A stretch of 27,585 nt of DNA, taken from NCBI GenBank assembly GCA_031362565.1, contig JANLSU010000046.1, positions 1 to 27,585 on the forward strand. The letters are read 5' to 3'. Position numbers and translations under genes: made by a program. The notes below the pieces were generated by a model that was not told the origin of the DNA, did no database searches, and saw nothing but the letters and a program-made list of their open reading frames with translations. Shown here one piece after another: positions 24,644 through 27,585 of this stretch. Position 1 is the stretch's first letter. Each line of letters starts with the position of its first letter. The stretch is from a bacterium. GTDB taxonomy: Bacteria; Krumholzibacteriota; Krumholzibacteriia; G020349025.

Positions 24644-25726
24644 ATGCGAGCAAGGCTCATGGTCCGTGATCCGCGCGTTTTCCATGACCGGAATCGTCGC
24701 ATCGTCCGCGACGTTGCAAGAGCGGGTGCACTGATGCTGCTCGTACTTGCGGGGCTCGAGGTTCTTCTGCGCACCTGCATGTATAGCCCTGGAATCACAT
24801 ACGTCGTTGACGCGGAACTGGGCAAAGTGCCGGGCGCCGGCACGGTCGTCGTATGGGGTACCGAAGGGCACGGCGTGACTCACTACGTCGCCAATGGCGA
24901 AATCGCAACTCCCTACAGCGATGGGGCGAGTGTCGTGGTGCTTGGAGATTCGCACACTGAGGCATTCCAGGTGGACGACAACCAGAAATTCGTCTCGATT
25001 GCAGAACAATTGCTGCGGCAGCGTGGCCTGAAGATGGATCTGCACAATCTGGGCGCTTCTGGCGCGACGCTGGCAGACTACGCCTACATCGCGCCGTTCG
25101 TACACAGGCGATACGATCCCACCTTGGTCGTGGTGCAGATCGAGCAGAGCGATTTTGGCGACGAAGGGTTCGATCAGCGGCGGGTGAACCATTTCATCCT
25201 GCAGAACAACGCATTGCAGCTGGTCCACATACCGCTCTTGGACAGCGGGCCGACAGCCGGCCGGTGGCTGAGACGGTCGTTGGCCTTGGTGAACTATGGA
25301 TACTTCCGCTACGAGCAGATTCACACGCGACAGGCTAGCTCCGATGCCCGCGGAGAGCACTCGATTGACGCACATAGCGCGCGGCCGGATCAAACACCGG
25401 GCATTGCGTCGCTCGAGCTGCAGGCCCTCCGGGACGCCTATGCCGGCGTGCCGGTGATCGTGCTCGTGCTTCCAGAAGTGCCGAAGATTTCCAATCATCA
25501 GATCGTCCGCGAGGACCGCGACTATGTCGCCCTGGTCCAGACCGTGCTAGGCGTCGCCAACTGGAGTGTCCTTGACCCGGCGAATGGATTTCGCGACCTG
25601 GCCGCTCAGGGCAGACTACCCCGCGGATTCGCTAATACACTGCCTGGCGAGGGCCACCTCAATACCAACGGACACGCAGTGGTTGGGGCCAGCCTGGCGG
25701 CGCGAATCGAGAGTATGACACGATGA
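24644..25726 (+). CDS. Membrane-anchored SGNH-hydrolase-like protein (AlgJ/AlgX/PatB-like O-acyltransferase partner)
   Basis: N-terminal TM segment, motifs VVLGDSHT, NLGASG and GEGHLNTNGH, and a stop overlapping the MBOAT start (ATGA). The start is uncertain (24626, 24644 or 24659). Confidence 0.75.
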   Translation: MRARLMVRDPRVFHDRNRRIVRDVARAGALMLLVLAGLEVLLRTCMYSPGITYVVDAELGKVPGAGTVVVWGTEGHGVTHYVANGEIATPYSDGASVVVLGDSHTEAFQVDDNQKFVSIAEQLLRQRGLKMDLHNLGASGATLADYAYIAPFVHRRYDPTLVVVQIEQSDFGDEGFDQRRVNHFILQNNALQLVHIPLLDSGPTAGRWLRRSLALVNYGYFRYEQIHTRQASSDARGEHSIDAHSARPDQTPGIASLELQALRDAYAGVPVIVLVLPEVPKISNHQIVREDRDYVALVQTVLGVANWSVLDPANGFRDLAAQGRLPRGFANTLPGEGHLNTNGHAVVGASLAARIESMTR

Positions 25727-27123
25727 GTTTCGTAACCTTTGAATTCGCGTTGTTGCTGGCCAGTGTCCTGACCTTACTGGCACTGGTTCGGTCGACTTTG
25801 GGCCGCAAGTTGATCTTGTTGGCTGCCAGTTGTTTTTTCTACGCGTACTGGGATTGGCGTTTCCTGGGCCTCTTGGCCACTGTTACAGTCGTGGACTACT
25901 ACGTCTCCAAGTTCTTGTTCGCGACGCAGTCCGCACGCACACGACGCTGGTTGTTGGTCATCAGCCTTGTCACCAATCTTGGTTTTCTGGGTTTTTTCAA
26001 ATATTTCGGCTTTTTCGTCGACAGCCTCAACGCGTTGCTGGTTCCGCTTGGGTGGCACTTGGGAACTCTGAGCATCATCTTGCCGATCGGCATTTCATTT
26101 TATACTTTCGAGACACTCAGCTACGTGATTGATATCTATCGTGGCGACGCTCGACCCGCACGGTCCATGCTGGACTATGCCATTTTCATCACGTTCTTCC
26201 CACGCCTGGTGGCCGGACCGATCATGCGTCCCCACCAATTCCTCCCGCAGTTGGAACACGGGATCCAATTGAACTGGGCGAATCTAGCAGGGGGAGCCCA
26301 ACTGTTCGTGCGCGGCGCATTCAAGAAGATGGTTGTGGCGGACAACATGGCGATCATGGCCGATCAGGTGTATGCGGCACCCCACCTGTTTTCGTCCGGC
26401 ACAGTCTGGCTGGGCGTGCTGGCGTATTCCATCCAGATTCTCTTCGACTTTTCGGGGTACACCGACATGGCACTCGGCGTTGGGCGGATGCTGGGATTCC
26501 ACCTGCCCCAGAACTTCAACATGCCTTACACAGCCCAGTCCATCACGGAATTCTGGCAGCGCTGGCATATGTCGTTGTCCAGCTGGCTGCGGGACTATGT
26601 GTACATCGCATTCGGTGGTAACCGGCGCGGGCAATTCAGGACATATGTCAATTTGATGGCGACGATGCTGCTTGGCGGGCTATGGCACGGGGCAAGTTGG
26701 AATTTCGTGGTATGGGGTGGGTTGCAGGGAGCGTTCCTGGCGTTGGAGCGAGGGTTCTACGGTGGGCGGCCCACAAATGGTCCCTGGAAATCGCCTTTGA
26801 CCTGGGCGAAGGCAACCGCGGTATTTGTATTGGTGACCGTCACGTGGGTGTTCTTCCGATCGCCGTCTTTTGACGCAACCGGGGTGGTCTTGCGGAAGCT
26901 GTTCTTTGTGGATCCCGCCGGGCTAGTGTGGCCCTATACCTGGGCGTTGCTGGCGGTGCCGCTTGTCGTGTTGGGCGGATTTGTAACCCGAACGTTCGCG
27001 CTCGGATTACCGGCGCACGCAACCCGCTCGAGTTATGCGGTTCCACTGATCATCACCGAAGCGCTATTGGTGTGCTTTCTATCGCCGCTGAACGTTTCGC
27101 CGTTCATCTATTTTCAGTTCTAG
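25723..27123 (+). CDS. MBOAT-family O-acyltransferase (AlgI/PatA/DltB-like)
   Basis: Motifs LPIGISFYTF, FFPRLVAGPI, DFSGYTDMA, EFWQRWHMSLSSWLRDYVYI, catalytic GLWHGA and terminal FIYFQF. Confidence 0.95.
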   Translation: MSFVTFEFALLLASVLTLLALVRSTLGRKLILLAASCFFYAYWDWRFLGLLATVTVVDYYVSKFLFATQSARTRRWLLVISLVTNLGFLGFFKYFGFFVDSLNALLVPLGWHLGTLSIILPIGISFYTFETLSYVIDIYRGDARPARSMLDYAIFITFFPRLVAGPIMRPHQFLPQLEHGIQLNWANLAGGAQLFVRGAFKKMVVADNMAIMADQVYAAPHLFSSGTVWLGVLAYSIQILFDFSGYTDMALGVGRMLGFHLPQNFNMPYTAQSITEFWQRWHMSLSSWLRDYVYIAFGGNRRGQFRTYVNLMATMLLGGLWHGASWNFVVWGGLQGAFLALERGFYGGRPTNGPWKSPLTWAKATAVFVLVTVTWVFFRSPSFDATGVVLRKLFFVDPAGLVWPYTWALLAVPLVVLGGFVTRTFALGLPAHATRSSYAVPLIITEALLVCFLSPLNVSPFIYFQF

Positions 27124-27135
27124 CACTAGCTGACC

Positions 27136-27585
27136 TCAGACGGTGCGAGCCACAGCCGCATTCTTGACCATCACAAACGTCGGGATGACGCATGCGCGAT
27201 CCACCACGCTCATTGCAACGAAGTCGCGATGCACTCTTACGGTGGCAGGATCGCACGTCACTGAAAAATCTTCCAGTAATCGCATCCCGGACCGCTCGAA
27301 CATCGATAGCCAGCGGGACCGGGGGATGCGGCTGAAATACTGCACCCGGTTCCGGAAGAACAGATGCCAGGTGCGTTCAGAGTACCGCAGATAGTTCTTG
27401 TTATGCACTGCACGATCGTAGTGCGCCAGGTGGTCGTCGAGACCCAATTGGTGGACCTGAAACCCGCCCGGCCGCAACACCCGCCCCATGTTGTCGACAT
27501 GGCGCTCGACAATATCCTCGTCGATGTGCTCCAGAACGTGGAAGCTGCACACGAGTTGCTGGGATGCGTCGGCAATCGAATCCAG
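27136..27585 (-). CDS. Class I SAM-dependent methyltransferase, 5'-truncated by the window end
   Basis: The frame is open to 27585 and reads LDSIADASQQLVCSFHVLEHI...MGRVLRPGG..VH. Confidence 0.75.
   Translation of the reverse strand: MDSIADASQQLVCSFHVLEHIDEDIVERHVDNMGRVLRPGGFQVHQLGLDDHLAHYDRAVHNKNYLRYSERTWHLFFRNRVQYFSRIPRSRWLSMFERSGMRLLEDFSVTCDPATVRVHRDFVAMSVVDRACVIPTFVMVKNAAVARTV

Overview
GC-rich bacterial DNA using the standard genetic code, probably from an FCB-group candidate lineage such as Eisenbacteria, Latescibacterota or Krumholzibacteriota. That placement is an inference from four secreted proteins that share a C-terminal FlgD-Ig/T9SS-like tail. Gene order from the left: a 5'-truncated FG-GAP/ASPIC-UnbV protein, a LytS/LytTR two-component pair, an RluA pseudouridine synthase, and a redox/metal block (predicted selenoprotein, YHS-TlpA thioredoxin fusion, YbjQ, di-heme c lipoprotein, Spy/LTXXQ-like lipoprotein). 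Next come a small secreted protein with a PA-domain metallopeptidase, about 2 kb of repeat-rich non-coding DNA around a BrnT/BrnA toxin-antitoxin pair, and two tandem paralogous ~1415-aa CARDB-repeat proteins. The window ends in a glycan-modification block: cupin, GT4 glycosyltransferase, frameshifted methyltransferase, SGNH plus MBOAT O-acyltransferase, and a truncated methyltransferase. The main finding is that ORFs 3915..4100 and 4143..4643 lie in one reading frame. They are interrupted only by TGA-AGC-GGC-TGA, which is followed by a perfect SECIS-like hairpin. This predicts a 242-aa exported, beta-barrel-like selenoprotein with a UxxU motif, encoded directly upstream of the YHS-TlpA reductase.
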